Below are positions 9,395 through 19,131 of a stretch of DNA of 64,000 nucleotides, one piece after another (position 1 is the first letter of the stretch; the number at the start of each line of letters is the position of its first letter). This stretch comes from Deltaproteobacteria bacterium (GTDB lineage: Bacteria > Desulfobacterota > Desulfarculia > Adiutricales > Adiutricaceae). A program made the position numbers and the translations under genes. The notes under the pieces were generated by a model that saw nothing but the letters and a program-made list of their open reading frames with translations, did not search any database and had not been told where the DNA came from. The stretch is from positions 46,907 through 110,906 of the forward strand of contig JAISRZ010000065.1 of the NCBI GenBank assembly GCA_031273455.1, given 5' to 3'.

Positions 9395-9402
9395 GCCGAT
9401 AT
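9395..9402 (+). promoter_or_regulatory. GCCGATAT, resembling the -10 element of sigma-28 (FliA) promoters
   Basis: Lies about 120 nt upstream of the cheZ-like start. No convincing TAAAG -35 element sits at the expected spacing. Confidence 0.2.
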
Positions 9403-9524
9403 AAAGACCGGGATTACTGTCGAGCCCAAGACCTAAAAGACGGCGCCTCGCCGTTTTTCGCGGGTTTTATCCGGCCGCCGGCTAATTTTTCGGCCGTCTG
9501 GCTTAGCCTAAGTAGGTGCCTTTT

Positions 9525-11210
9525 ATGACCACCAGCCCTCCTATCATTGGTTTTGAGCTAGGCGTGGGGGAGTTCCGGATTGTGACTCCCCAAGCCATTT
9601 ACAATATCAAAGTCGTGCCTGAGCTGATTAAGGCCAACACTGACTTGGGCGTTTTAAGCCCGGCGGGCCAGGCGCTTCCCTCCCCAGCCCCAACGGCCCC
9701 CTGCCCGCCAGCTGGGGGGAATGGCCAAGTCGATCAAAACTTTTTCCAGGACATTTCCCAAGAGCTCTTTGAAAGGGTCGGTCAGTTGGCCCGGCAGTTG
9801 TCCGTCTCGGTCACCGAGATCCCGGATAGCGCCCCCTCGCTGTCGCAAACTGGGGCCGATCTGGAGGACGCCAAGGGCCAACTGGAAGAGGTGGTGGAGA
9901 TCACCGAAAAAGCCTCCATGACCATCATGGACCTGGCGGACCAGATCCAAGCCGACATGGAGACCTTAAACTCCCAGATGGGCGTTTTGACCAACCTGGA
10001 GTCCCTCTTGGAAAAGGACGAGGCCATTCCTAGCCCGGCCCCGCCCGAGGATAACGGATCCTCGCCTTGGGACGAGTTTAAAGAGGCCTACGCGGGCTTA
10101 AAGGCGGCGGTGGCCAGCTTGGCTGGGGCCAGCCCCACCATCGCCGTCCCCGCGGTCGCGGCCCCCGAGCCAGCCCCGGAGCCGACCGCCGAGCCAACCT
10201 CGGCTCCCGAGCCAACGGCTCCCGCCGAACCCGCCCCCCCGACCCCAGTGACGACCACTAAAGTCGTTTTTGACTTGGATGGCCTTTTCCAGACGCTCTA
10301 CGAGTTTTGCGCCAATGAGTCGGTCAAAGACCACATTAAGGCCATGCGGGCCGGCAACGAGAAGGGGACCTTTAACGGCCCGGTCATCTTGGCCGCTTTA
10401 GCCGATTTAGCCGCCACCCTGGAGCCGGACGAGGGGTTCTACAATTTTCCCATCCCCGGGGTCTTAAAGATCTTGTACTCCAACGCCTCCTCGGAAGAGG
10501 ACAAGGTCACCTTAAAAAAGATGAACCAGACCGCGGGCAGCATCTTTCTGGACGCCAACCTCCCAGTGGAAGGGCGGGTGGAGGAAGTTACGGCCCCGGC
10601 CCCGGCGGAGCCGGAGCCCGAGCCCGTTTTAGAGGTCGCCCCCAGCCCCGAGCCGGAGCCGGTCGTTCCGGTCGCGGCGACCGGGGCCCCCGAGGCCCCG
10701 GCGGACGGGGAATTGGAGCTAGCCAACCTTAAAGAGCGGATCGAGAAAATGGACGCGGTCCTCCCGCTCTTAAACGGCCACGGGGACTCTTACGTGACCA
10801 TCCCCCGGGGCGATCGGGACGCCATCGTCAACGCCGTGGCCGCCTCGGACTCTTTAATCAAAAACACCACCGACCATTTAACCCGGATCATGGAAGCCTT
10901 GTCCTTCCAGGATCTCTCGGGGCAGCGCATTAAAAAGATCGTTAACCTCATTAGCGAGATCCAAGTCCAGCTATTGTCCCTTCTGGTCAGCGTGGACTCC
11001 AAGATTAAAGCCCACAAAGACTCCCCGGCCAAAGCCCGGCCCAAGGAGGAAACCGATAAGGTGGCCCAGGCCGAGGTTGACCGGATGCTGGAGAAACTGT
11101 CCGGCGGCGGCCCCCCCGTTGGCGAGACCTCGGAGCTGAAAGGCCCGGGGGCGGATAACCGTTTGAATCAGGGGGCGGTTAACGATTTACTGGCTGAGCT
11201 GGGTTTTTAG
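9525..11210 (+). CDS. cheZ: CheZ-like CheY-P phosphatase, greatly expanded (about 560 aa)
   Basis: Active-site helix ALSFQDLSGQRIKKIVNLISEIQVQLL (E. coli: DFQDLTGQVIKR). N-terminal helix RVGQLARQL. The C-terminal peptide AVNDLLAELGF* matches the CheZ DDLLDSLGF tail. Long Pro/Ala/Glu linkers and an inserted region of about 130 aa account for the extra length. A GTG at 9516 is an alternative start. Confidence 0.7.
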   Translation: MTTSPPIIGFELGVGEFRIVTPQAIYNIKVVPELIKANTDLGVLSPAGQALPSPAPTAPCPPAGGNGQVDQNFFQDISQELFERVGQLARQLSVSVTEIPDSAPSLSQTGADLEDAKGQLEEVVEITEKASMTIMDLADQIQADMETLNSQMGVLTNLESLLEKDEAIPSPAPPEDNGSSPWDEFKEAYAGLKAAVASLAGASPTIAVPAVAAPEPAPEPTAEPTSAPEPTAPAEPAPPTPVTTTKVVFDLDGLFQTLYEFCANESVKDHIKAMRAGNEKGTFNGPVILAALADLAATLEPDEGFYNFPIPGVLKILYSNASSEEDKVTLKKMNQTAGSIFLDANLPVEGRVEEVTAPAPAEPEPEPVLEVAPSPEPEPVVPVAATGAPEAPADGELELANLKERIEKMDAVLPLLNGHGDSYVTIPRGDRDAIVNAVAASDSLIKNTTDHLTRIMEALSFQDLSGQRIKKIVNLISEIQVQLLSLLVSVDSKIKAHKDSPAKARPKEETDKVAQAEVDRMLEKLSGGGPPVGETSELKGPGADNRLNQGAVNDLLAELGF

Positions 11211-11342
11211 CTGGCCCAATAACTGACAATCTTGGGCCAAACGGCCCGGCCTAATAGTCTATCAAGGGCCATTTATGGGCCTTATAGACGTTTTCTGGTT
11301 TATTTAAGGGGGCCAAGAAGGCCTTTTTCGAGGCGATGAGTT

Positions 11343-13295
11343 ATGTTCCCGCGAGTTTTGGTTTATCCCCTCCTATTTTTGGCCCTGGCCTTCGGGACGG
11401 CTTGCGTCTCGGTGGTCAGCCCGGCCCCGCCCGGCCCGGAGGCCTTACTGACTAGGGCTGACCAAGCTTATGGCCGGGGCGACTACGCCGGGGCCAGTTC
11501 GCTGTATAGCCAGTACTTAACCCAAGCCGGCCAAACCCCCCGGAGGGAGGCGGTTTTAGCCACGGCGGGCCTGGCCGCTGAGCGGGCTGGCGAAAACTTG
11601 GCGGCCATCCGCCACTACGAAACTTTAACCGCGAGCTACCCCAATTCCGTCTACGCCGCCCAAGTGGCCCCGCGCTTACCGGACCTTTACTTAGCCAACG
11701 ACCAACCGGCTAAAGCCCGGGAATTGGCCACCCGCCTTTACGCCACCTCTAAGGACCCCAAAACCAAGGCCAGCTTAAAGCTGACCGAGTCCAAGGCCTT
11801 CTGGGCCGAGGGCCAATACCCCGACGCTCTGGAGGGTTTTTTAGAGGCTAGGCGAATAGGGGCCACGACCGTTCGGGCCCAAGCCGAGGAAGGCGTTGGG
11901 GCTTCCCTTTACAACCTCACCCAAAACCAATTGGCCGAGGTGGTCCGCCAATACGGTCAGGGCTACCCGGGCCCGGAGGCGGCTTATCACTTAGCCTACC
12001 AGTCGGCGGCTTCCGGCGACGCGGCCACCTTTAAGGCCCAGGCCGAGTACTTTCGGCAGTACTTCCCGACCCACCCTTACCAAGCCCGCTTGACCCAGCT
12101 CGAGGCCAACTTCGCCGGGGCTAGGGATTACCCCCCGCCCGGGGCGGGCTACTCGGCCAAGGCGGGGTTGGGCTTAAACCTCCCCACGGGGTTTCAGGGG
12201 CCAAACGTCTCGCCTTTAACCGGCCGGGTGACGGTGGTGGCCTTATTGCCCTTAACCGAGGACCCGAGCTCCCGCTTCGCCCAAGACATCTTAATTGGCC
12301 TAAGGCTAGCTTTAGCCAAAAACCCCGGCCAAGTGGGCCTAATGGAGCTGGACACCAAGGGCGACGCCGGGCAAGCGGCCCGCTTAATCGCCGAGATGGC
12401 CGAAAAACCCGAGGCCTTGGCCGTGGTGGGGCCTTTGACCAGCCGCGAGGCCTTGGCCGCGGCCCAAATGGCCCAGCGGCTCTTTATCCCCCTTTTGGCC
12501 ATCTCCAACCGGGTCGGTTTAACCGATGGTCGGCCCTTTGTCTTTCGGATCTTTTTGACCCCCAGGCACCAGGCCGAGGCCGTGGCCCGCTACGCCTTAA
12601 AAGCGGGCCATACCAGTTTAGGGGCCTTGTACCCGGACGACCCCTATGGCCAAGCCATGCTGGGTTTTTTTAGCGCCGCGGCCCGGAAAGCCGGGGGAAC
12701 GTTAACCACGGTGGACAAGTACGACCCCAAGCTCAAAAACTGGGACGAGGCCATTAAACGGCTGACCGGGGGCCAAGCGGTCCGCAAAGCGTCCACGAGC
12801 TACCAGGCGAAAACCGATTTTACGGCTCTGTATCTTCCGGACTCGGCCACCCAAGTCAGTCAGATCTTAGCCCAACTGGCTTACCACGACGTCACTAAAA
12901 TGACTTACCTAGGCACGTCCATGTGGTTAACCCCGGATCTGCCCAAAGCCGCGGGCCGTTACTTGACCGGGGCGGTCATCCCGGCGGCTTACGCCTCTTT
13001 AAGCCAAAGGCCGGAGACGGTCCAGTTTCGGGAGGAGTTTTTAAAAACCACCGGTCGCGAGCCGGATCAGTTCGCGGCCTACGGTTACGACGCGGGGATA
13101 GCCATAATAACGGCCTTAAACGCTGGGGCCACCAATCGCGGGGCCTTAATCAAGATCTGGCCCACCTTGACCGTCCCCGGGGCCACCGGTCCCTTCACCT
13201 TTAACGCCGAGGGCGACTATCAGATTGAGCCAGCTCTTTTGACCATTGAAAAATCAACCTTCACCCTTTTAAAAGAGCCCGGGCCCGATCGCTAA
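11343..13295 (+). CDS. Lipoprotein with an N-terminal TPR region and a type-1 periplasmic-binding-fold domain (LpoA-like PBP activator / LivK-fold)
   Basis: Lipobox LALAFGTAC. TPR-like helices (YGRGDYAGASSLYSQYL, IRHYETLTASYPNS). The C-terminal VTVVALLPLTEDPSSRFAQDILIGLRLAL...VVGPLTSREA pattern is typical of Leu/Ile/Val-binding-fold proteins. Confidence 0.65.
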   Translation: MFPRVLVYPLLFLALAFGTACVSVVSPAPPGPEALLTRADQAYGRGDYAGASSLYSQYLTQAGQTPRREAVLATAGLAAERAGENLAAIRHYETLTASYPNSVYAAQVAPRLPDLYLANDQPAKARELATRLYATSKDPKTKASLKLTESKAFWAEGQYPDALEGFLEARRIGATTVRAQAEEGVGASLYNLTQNQLAEVVRQYGQGYPGPEAAYHLAYQSAASGDAATFKAQAEYFRQYFPTHPYQARLTQLEANFAGARDYPPPGAGYSAKAGLGLNLPTGFQGPNVSPLTGRVTVVALLPLTEDPSSRFAQDILIGLRLALAKNPGQVGLMELDTKGDAGQAARLIAEMAEKPEALAVVGPLTSREALAAAQMAQRLFIPLLAISNRVGLTDGRPFVFRIFLTPRHQAEAVARYALKAGHTSLGALYPDDPYGQAMLGFFSAAARKAGGTLTTVDKYDPKLKNWDEAIKRLTGGQAVRKASTSYQAKTDFTALYLPDSATQVSQILAQLAYHDVTKMTYLGTSMWLTPDLPKAAGRYLTGAVIPAAYASLSQRPETVQFREEFLKTTGREPDQFAAYGYDAGIAIITALNAGATNRGALIKIWPTLTVPGATGPFTFNAEGDYQIEPALLTIEKSTFTLLKEPGPDR

Positions 13296-14645
<1,350 letters not shown>

Positions 14646-14660
14646 GTCTTTTTTCGTTAG

Positions 14661-14691
14661 CCCCGAAGGTTAGGCCTTCGGGGTTTTTTTT
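14661..14691. terminator. Bidirectional intrinsic terminator between eno and the MotE-like gene
   Basis: ccccgaagg-ttagg-ccttcgggg followed by T8. On the other strand it is preceded by a T-rich stretch rather than the A-run a symmetric bidirectional terminator would have. It lies between convergent genes. Confidence 0.7.
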
Positions 14692-14696
14692 CACGG

Positions 14697-15818
14697 TCAG
14701 CTCCCTGGGGCCGCTGGGGTCTCCGGGGCGGCCGGGGCCTGGTTCTGGGCGCTTTGCTGACGCTCTAAAATGGCTTTGGGGTCAATCCTTTTTTCGGAAA
14801 TGGCCTTAATTAAGCGAGCCGCTTTTTCCGGCTGGACCATGGCCAAGATCTTCCCGGCGTTGGAGCCGGGCATGACTGAAAGGATGCCCACGGCCACTTG
14901 ATCGTCCATGGAGTTAATGACTTGGCCAGCTTGCTCGGGCTTCATGCCCTTTAAGACCAGAACCAAATGCTCCACCCGGGCCTCTTTGGCCGCGTCCTCG
15001 GCGGAGCGCTTTTGTTCTTGGGCCGCTTTTTGCTCCTCTAAGATAGCTTGGTTGCGGGTTAAAAGATCGGCTAGCTCGGCTTTGGATTTTTCGCTGGCCG
15101 CGATCCGGGCGTTTAAATCGGCCTCCAACTCTTTAATGGCCTCTTCCCGAGCGTTTAACTGGGTCTCCCGGCGACTGAGCTCAAAGGCCCGTTTGGCTTG
15201 CTCCTCGGCCTCGGCTGGGGTTAAGTTGGCCGGCGGCGGTAAGGGCGGGCCGTTGGGGTTTTTTTGGTTGGTCGGCGGGGTGGGGCTCTTTTGGGGTTTT
15301 CTAAGATCCTCGTCCCCGGGTGGCAAAGGGATGGCCGGGGGGGCGGCGGCGGCGCTTTGGGCCATGGCCGGAAAGGCCGCCACATTAGCGTTTAAAAACA
15401 TGGCCGCCCCGGTGGTTAAGGCGTTGGCCGGTAAAGAGGCCGGGGACATAGCCGCTTGGGCCACGGCCGCTTGGGCCGCCCTCGGTTGGGTTAAAGCTTT
15501 AGCCCCGCTCTGGGCCGAAGGGGCGCTCGGTTTCTGGCTGGGGCTCGGGGGGTCGGTGACCCCATCCAGCCAACCGGAGATTAAGAGTCGGGCTATTAAG
15601 ACCATAACCGCTAAAACCGCGAGCAACCTAAATTTGGCCAATAACCCGCCCGTGGGTTTGGGGGCTGGTTTGGGGCTGGCCAAGGGCCCGGGCGGGGTTA
15701 AGGGCGCGGGTTTCGAGGCCGGGGCCTTGGGGCTTGGGGCTTTCGGGCTCGGGCTCGGGGATTTCGGGGCTATGGTTTTTGGCTGGGGGCTAGGGCCTGG
15801 GTTTTTAGCTGGCTTCAT
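14697..15818 (-). CDS. MotE/FlbB-like flagellar protein with a MgtE_N-type C-terminal domain
   Basis: Pro-rich N-terminus, one TM segment, a coiled coil, and the C-terminal LVLKGMKPEQAGQVINSMDDQVAVGILSVMPGSNAGKILAMVQPEKAARL (MgtE intracellular N-domain pattern). It overlaps the 3' end of fliJ. Confidence 0.65.
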   Translation of the reverse strand: MKPAKNPGPSPQPKTIAPKSPSPSPKAPSPKAPASKPAPLTPPGPLASPKPAPKPTGGLLAKFRLLAVLAVMVLIARLLISGWLDGVTDPPSPSQKPSAPSAQSGAKALTQPRAAQAAVAQAAMSPASLPANALTTGAAMFLNANVAAFPAMAQSAAAAPPAIPLPPGDEDLRKPQKSPTPPTNQKNPNGPPLPPPANLTPAEAEEQAKRAFELSRRETQLNAREEAIKELEADLNARIAASEKSKAELADLLTRNQAILEEQKAAQEQKRSAEDAAKEARVEHLVLVLKGMKPEQAGQVINSMDDQVAVGILSVMPGSNAGKILAMVQPEKAARLIKAISEKRIDPKAILERQQSAQNQAPAAPETPAAPGS

Positions 15819-16281
15819 CGCTCTCCACCGTTTGTTTTAAACGCCTGGCTCTGGCTATTTGAGCCATTTCCTCTAAGTTATTTTGTTCCGTCCGGCGGTC
15901 TTCCAGGATAAAGTTTTCTTTTTGGCGATCCCGGGTTTTCTCAATAGCCTCGCGGGCGGTGATGGCTTGGATTAGGGCTTGGCGCTCTTTGGCCTCCTCG
16001 CGGCGGCTTAAGACTAGAAGCTCCTCGGCTTTTTTTAGGTCTTGGCGTAAGCGCCCTTGATACTCGCCGTACAGGCGGACCAAGGGCCCGGTTAAGCGCC
16101 CGATCTGGCCTAACGTTTTAACCTCAGTGGCCATCTCGTTAATCCGCGCCCAGAGGGACTGGATTTTTTCCTCCAGCTCGGCCAGACTGGCCAGGCGTCG
16201 CGACAGTTTTAAGGCCGCTTCCTCCTCGCGTTGTCGCCGGAGGGTCACCAGAAAATCTAGACGGAACTTAAAGGCGGGCAT
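15805..16281 (-). CDS. fliJ: Flagellar export chaperone FliJ
   Basis: 158-aa all-helical coiled-coil protein. It starts MPAFKFRLDFLVTLRRQREEEAALKL, which is the FliJ family N-terminal pattern, and is followed by a MotE-like gene. Confidence 0.6.
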   Translation of the reverse strand: MPAFKFRLDFLVTLRRQREEEAALKLSRRLASLAELEEKIQSLWARINEMATEVKTLGQIGRLTGPLVRLYGEYQGRLRQDLKKAEELLVLSRREEAKERQALIQAITAREAIEKTRDRQKENFILEDRRTEQNNLEEMAQIARARRLKQTVESDEAS

Positions 16282-16380
16282 GGGGCCACCAAACTATTAA
16301 TAAGCCAGAAAGGCTGATTTAAGGGGTTAAGGGGCGCGTTTAAGACGTTGACCGGCTAATCCCCTTTAAAATTACCTAAG

Positions 16381-16410
16381 ATTATAGCAAAAAATAGGCC
16401 AGTTTTTAAA
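16381..16410 (-). promoter_or_regulatory. Sigma70-like promoter upstream of fliJ
   Basis: The minus strand reads TTTAAA-18 nt-(TGc)TATAAT, an extended -10, about 100 nt upstream of the fliJ ATG. Confidence 0.35.
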
Positions 16411-16442
16411 TAAAAAGGGCTTTATCTGGATTGAGGCTTTTT

Positions 16443-17054
16443 ATGATCGAAGATGGTTACGAGAAAAACTACGCTCGTTTAGCTTTGGATCTCCCTAAGG
16501 CTGATTTTGGGGCTAGGGCTTTAGAACTGGGTTTTAGCCCGGCTCAAGATGGGGTTAAGATCGCTTTTTTAGGCCGGGAGTACCGCTTGGACCCGACCGG
16601 GGTCACGGCGGTGGATGGACTCCCCAGCTCGTCTAACCATCGGAGCTTATTGATCCACTATCTCTTTTCCCCGGGCCGAGGCGGCCCGGGGGAGACCTTT
16701 TTAACTTTATCGCAATTGCCGGGCCACATTCGGGGCCGCCAGGACCCAGCCGCGGATTTCACCCATGACCCCATTCTCCGCGCTTATGGCGATGATTACC
16801 CAGGTTTCCGGAAGGCGGCTATTAAGCTTGGTGGGGAAGAGCTCCCCGCGGCCCAGGACGGTTGGCGCGTCTGGGTCTTTTTGGTCTTGCCCCAAGTTAA
16901 GATTAAGCTCGGCTACTGTCCGGCGGACGAAGAGTTTCCCACCGAGGTTTGGACTAGATTCGATAATTTGGCTCTAAGCTACCTGGGCTTTGAGTGCCTG
17001 GCCTTTTTGCAAGGGGCTTTAAGTCGGGCTTTAGCCGACCTGAAAGAGGGTTAG
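16443..17054 (+). CDS. DUF3786-like protein
   Basis: About 200 aa. The overall pattern (IAFLGREYRLDP..., LLIHYLFS, ...LPQVKIKLGY.PADEEFP...FD) matches my recollection of DUF3786. The start was trimmed to the ATG at 16443. Confidence 0.55.
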   Translation: MIEDGYEKNYARLALDLPKADFGARALELGFSPAQDGVKIAFLGREYRLDPTGVTAVDGLPSSSNHRSLLIHYLFSPGRGGPGETFLTLSQLPGHIRGRQDPAADFTHDPILRAYGDDYPGFRKAAIKLGGEELPAAQDGWRVWVFLVLPQVKIKLGYCPADEEFPTEVWTRFDNLALSYLGFECLAFLQGALSRALADLKEG

Positions 17055-17158
17055 AGGCCGTAAATAGTTAATTTTAATGGCTGATTTTAGGTTTTTAGGG
17101 CCGGAAAGAGTGGGTAAAAGAAAACTTATTGACGCCTGACGCTTAAGGTGGGGTTTTT

Positions 17159-17451
17159 TTAGAAAACTAAAAAGATTGATTGGCTGGGAACTAATAGGCG
17201 ATCGGCTAAGGCCGCTAACCCACCAGAAATGTTAAATTTGAATGAATGTATTTCGCCTCCTAAACCACGATGTTTATCCTTAGGCAAATGAATTGTCCAA
17301 AAATCTGGATCTATACCTACATTTAGAAATTTAACTTTAAACTTAATCGGAAAAATATGATGTAGTTCATAGTTTGTTGGTATTTTTCCAGCATAACATA
17401 GAGAACAACTAAAATAAAAGAAAAAATAATAGAATTACTCTTTTTAAACAT
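17159..17451 (-). pseudogene. Decayed small LHH/AHH-type HNH/EndoVII toxin-like (lipo)protein
   Basis: The ATG at 17451 gives a signal-like MFKKSNSIIFSFILVVL, which ends after 45 codons. The +2 frame continues SCSLCYAGKIPTNYELHHIFPIKFKVKFLNVGIDPDFWTIHLPKDKHRGLGGEIHSF. This carries the (A/L)HHI.P...GID...LP...H pattern of AHH/LHH nucleases. A frameshift in a T-rich run is required to join the two parts. Confidence 0.4.
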
Positions 17452-17472
17452 TTAACAATTTGTTAGTACCAT

Positions 17473-17762
17473 TTAATAGCATTGAATCAGAGAAAAAGAG
17501 ACTAAACAATCGAAACAAAGAAATACATAAACCATTCCAACATCTCCAATTATGACATCATCATTTAATGAATCAATTTGAGCATAAAAAGTCATTTTTT
17601 TTGACAATGTGGACATAAAGGAATTTCTTCGGTTTGAATCCAATCAGGCTTACCACCTATTTTATTTCTATGCCCAAAAATAGAATTATCTTCATCGGTC
17701 ATGTATTTAAAATGAACTTTATCTTTATCTATACGAATCAATTTAACTTCTGGCAGTAACAT
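17473..17762 (-). pseudogene. YwqG/DUF1963-like Zn-ribbon protein interrupted at a poly-A(8) tract
   Basis: MLLPEVKLIRIDKDKVHFKYMTDEDNSIFGHRNKIGGKPDWIQTEEIPLCPHCQKK then TGA. Adding one A restores MTFYAQIDSLNDDVIIGDVGMVYVFLCFDC...*. The homopolymer is at 17595-17602. Confidence 0.45.
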
Positions 17763-17851
17763 ATTTATACCTATAACAAATTCAGTTAATTACTAGGCAA
17801 AAGCTTGGAATATAGCTAAACCTCTTATGTTCGGCCTACAAAAACCCATGG

Positions 17852-17894
17852 GTCGTATAAAATGGTGTCGTATAAAATGGTGTATAAAATGGTG
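17852..17894 (+). repeat. Tandem repeat: gtcgtataaaatggt x2 plus a 13-nt partial copy
   Basis: Counted directly in the AT-rich patch. Confidence 0.85.
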
Positions 17895-18049
17895 ACGACC
17901 GTATCGGTGCGGTAATGATTAATTATCAAATGTTTTAGAAATAAATTCTCAATAAACCAAACTTCAAGTCACAGCGATATGATCATTTCAATTTATTTTT
18001 TTTTCTTAAAATATTTAGATGAATATTATATTTACGATAAAAAACCATT

Positions 18050-18554
18050 AATCAAATTGTGCTAGCAGTTTTTAATCCTTTTCTGATATATGTTGTCTTA
18101 CTAATTAATTCAAAATTATCAAATAACTGAATATTATCAATAATAAGACTGTTGAGATCTTTTTTATAATCTGTATCTGCATTATTAATGATGTAATCTA
18201 TAGTTTCAATAAACAATAAAAATTATTAAAGTGTTTTATACTCAGTTTACTATTGATATGTTTCCAAAATCTCTCAATTAAGTTTAAATTTGGACTATAA
18301 AATGGCATAAATAGCAGATTAATACAAAGTTCTGAAGCAATTTCTATAACAAGTTTGCATTTTTAATGTCTTGCATCGTCAAATATTATGTACACTGGCT
18401 TCTTTACATATCGCACGGCAACTTTCTTGAGCGGTTCACAAACCTGGGTTGCCGTAATATAGGTACTATTTGACACTATAATAATTTTTTTGTTGTAAAC
18501 ATTGTCTTCAAACGTTGATCCCCAGTGGCGGGTTAGAGCGACTATTTTGTCCAA
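18050..18554 (-). mobile_element. IS630/Tc1-mariner-family transposase remnant (C-terminal DDE part only)
   Basis: ...VYIIFDDARH, an in-frame TAA, then KCKLVIEIASELCINLLFMPFYSPNLNLIERFWKHINSKL. Compare the family motifs DNA..H and LPPYSP.LNPIE..W. Further frameshifted C-terminal sequence runs to about 18050. There is no N-terminal HTH part and I saw no terminal inverted repeats. Confidence 0.65.
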
Positions 18555-18681
18555 TTTAGCTTACAGGAAGCTAATTACCGATAAAACCACGCTTTTTTTA
18601 AGTTAAATGGGCGATAAACAGCCCATTTAACCGGTTAAACGCGCTAATTTCGCCTTAAAGCCTTAGGGCCCAAAGGCTTTT

Positions 18682-19098
18682 TTATTGACCTCGCTCAGCC
18701 TCGACCTCAGCTTGGGTGTCTTTTAGCCGTTGGGCGTTGGCGTTGGCTTTGGCGGCCACGTCTTGGGCCTGGCCAATGGGCACGTGGGGGTTTAAAAGCG
18801 GGCTATCTTTTAAAGAGGGCGGTGGCCCCAAAGGGGCCCCGCCGCCAGCGGTTCCGGCCGGGGTCGGCGAGCTGGGGGACCGTAAAAAGAAAATGGCCAA
18901 TAAGATTAACAGGGCCAAAACAATGGCTCCGCCCAGGAAAAAGTGGAGTTTCGAGGAGGCGGCGGTCAGCTCTAAATCGTCCCGTTGGACCTTTTGGGGG
19001 TTCTGGCCAGAGCGAAAGTTATAGCCGCAAGGGCAAGCCTCGGCGGGCATGTTCACTGATTGGCCGCATTGGGGACAGCGGAGGGTGGGCTGGGACAT
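18682..19098 (-). CDS. Zinc-ribbon membrane protein
   Basis: N-terminal CPQCGQ...CPCG zinc ribbon, one TM helix, and a Pro/Gly-rich tail. Confidence 0.55.
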   Translation of the reverse strand: MSQPTLRCPQCGQSVNMPAEACPCGYNFRSGQNPQKVQRDDLELTAASSKLHFFLGGAIVLALLILLAIFFLRSPSSPTPAGTAGGGAPLGPPPSLKDSPLLNPHVPIGQAQDVAAKANANAQRLKDTQAEVEAERGQ

Positions 19099-19131
19099 GG
19101 GGCTCCTCTTAAAATGGTTAAAGGTCGAAAA

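Noticed and set aside
9395-9402. A full sigma-28 promoter upstream of cheZ
   Set aside because: Only the -10-like GCCGATAT is present. The expected TAAAG at about 15 nt spacing is absent. It is listed as a low-confidence feature only.
14908-15840. 310-aa plus-strand ORF
   Set aside because: It is antisense to the MotE-like gene. It is an Ala/Gly/Leu-rich translation with no motifs. The minus frame carries a recognisable MgtE_N-type domain and overlaps fliJ in operon fashion.
17852-17894. Short tandem repeats here and elsewhere (3722-3766, 20958-20993, 35482-35526) as possible CRISPR arrays
   Set aside because: The units are 12-15 bp and directly abutting, with no spacers. No repeat-spacer architecture or cas genes appear anywhere in the window.
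18650-18681. Plus-strand terminator-like hairpin gcctt-agggccca-aaggc followed by T6
   Set aside because: No plus-strand gene lies upstream, only IS debris. It is probably a relic or belongs to the lost element.
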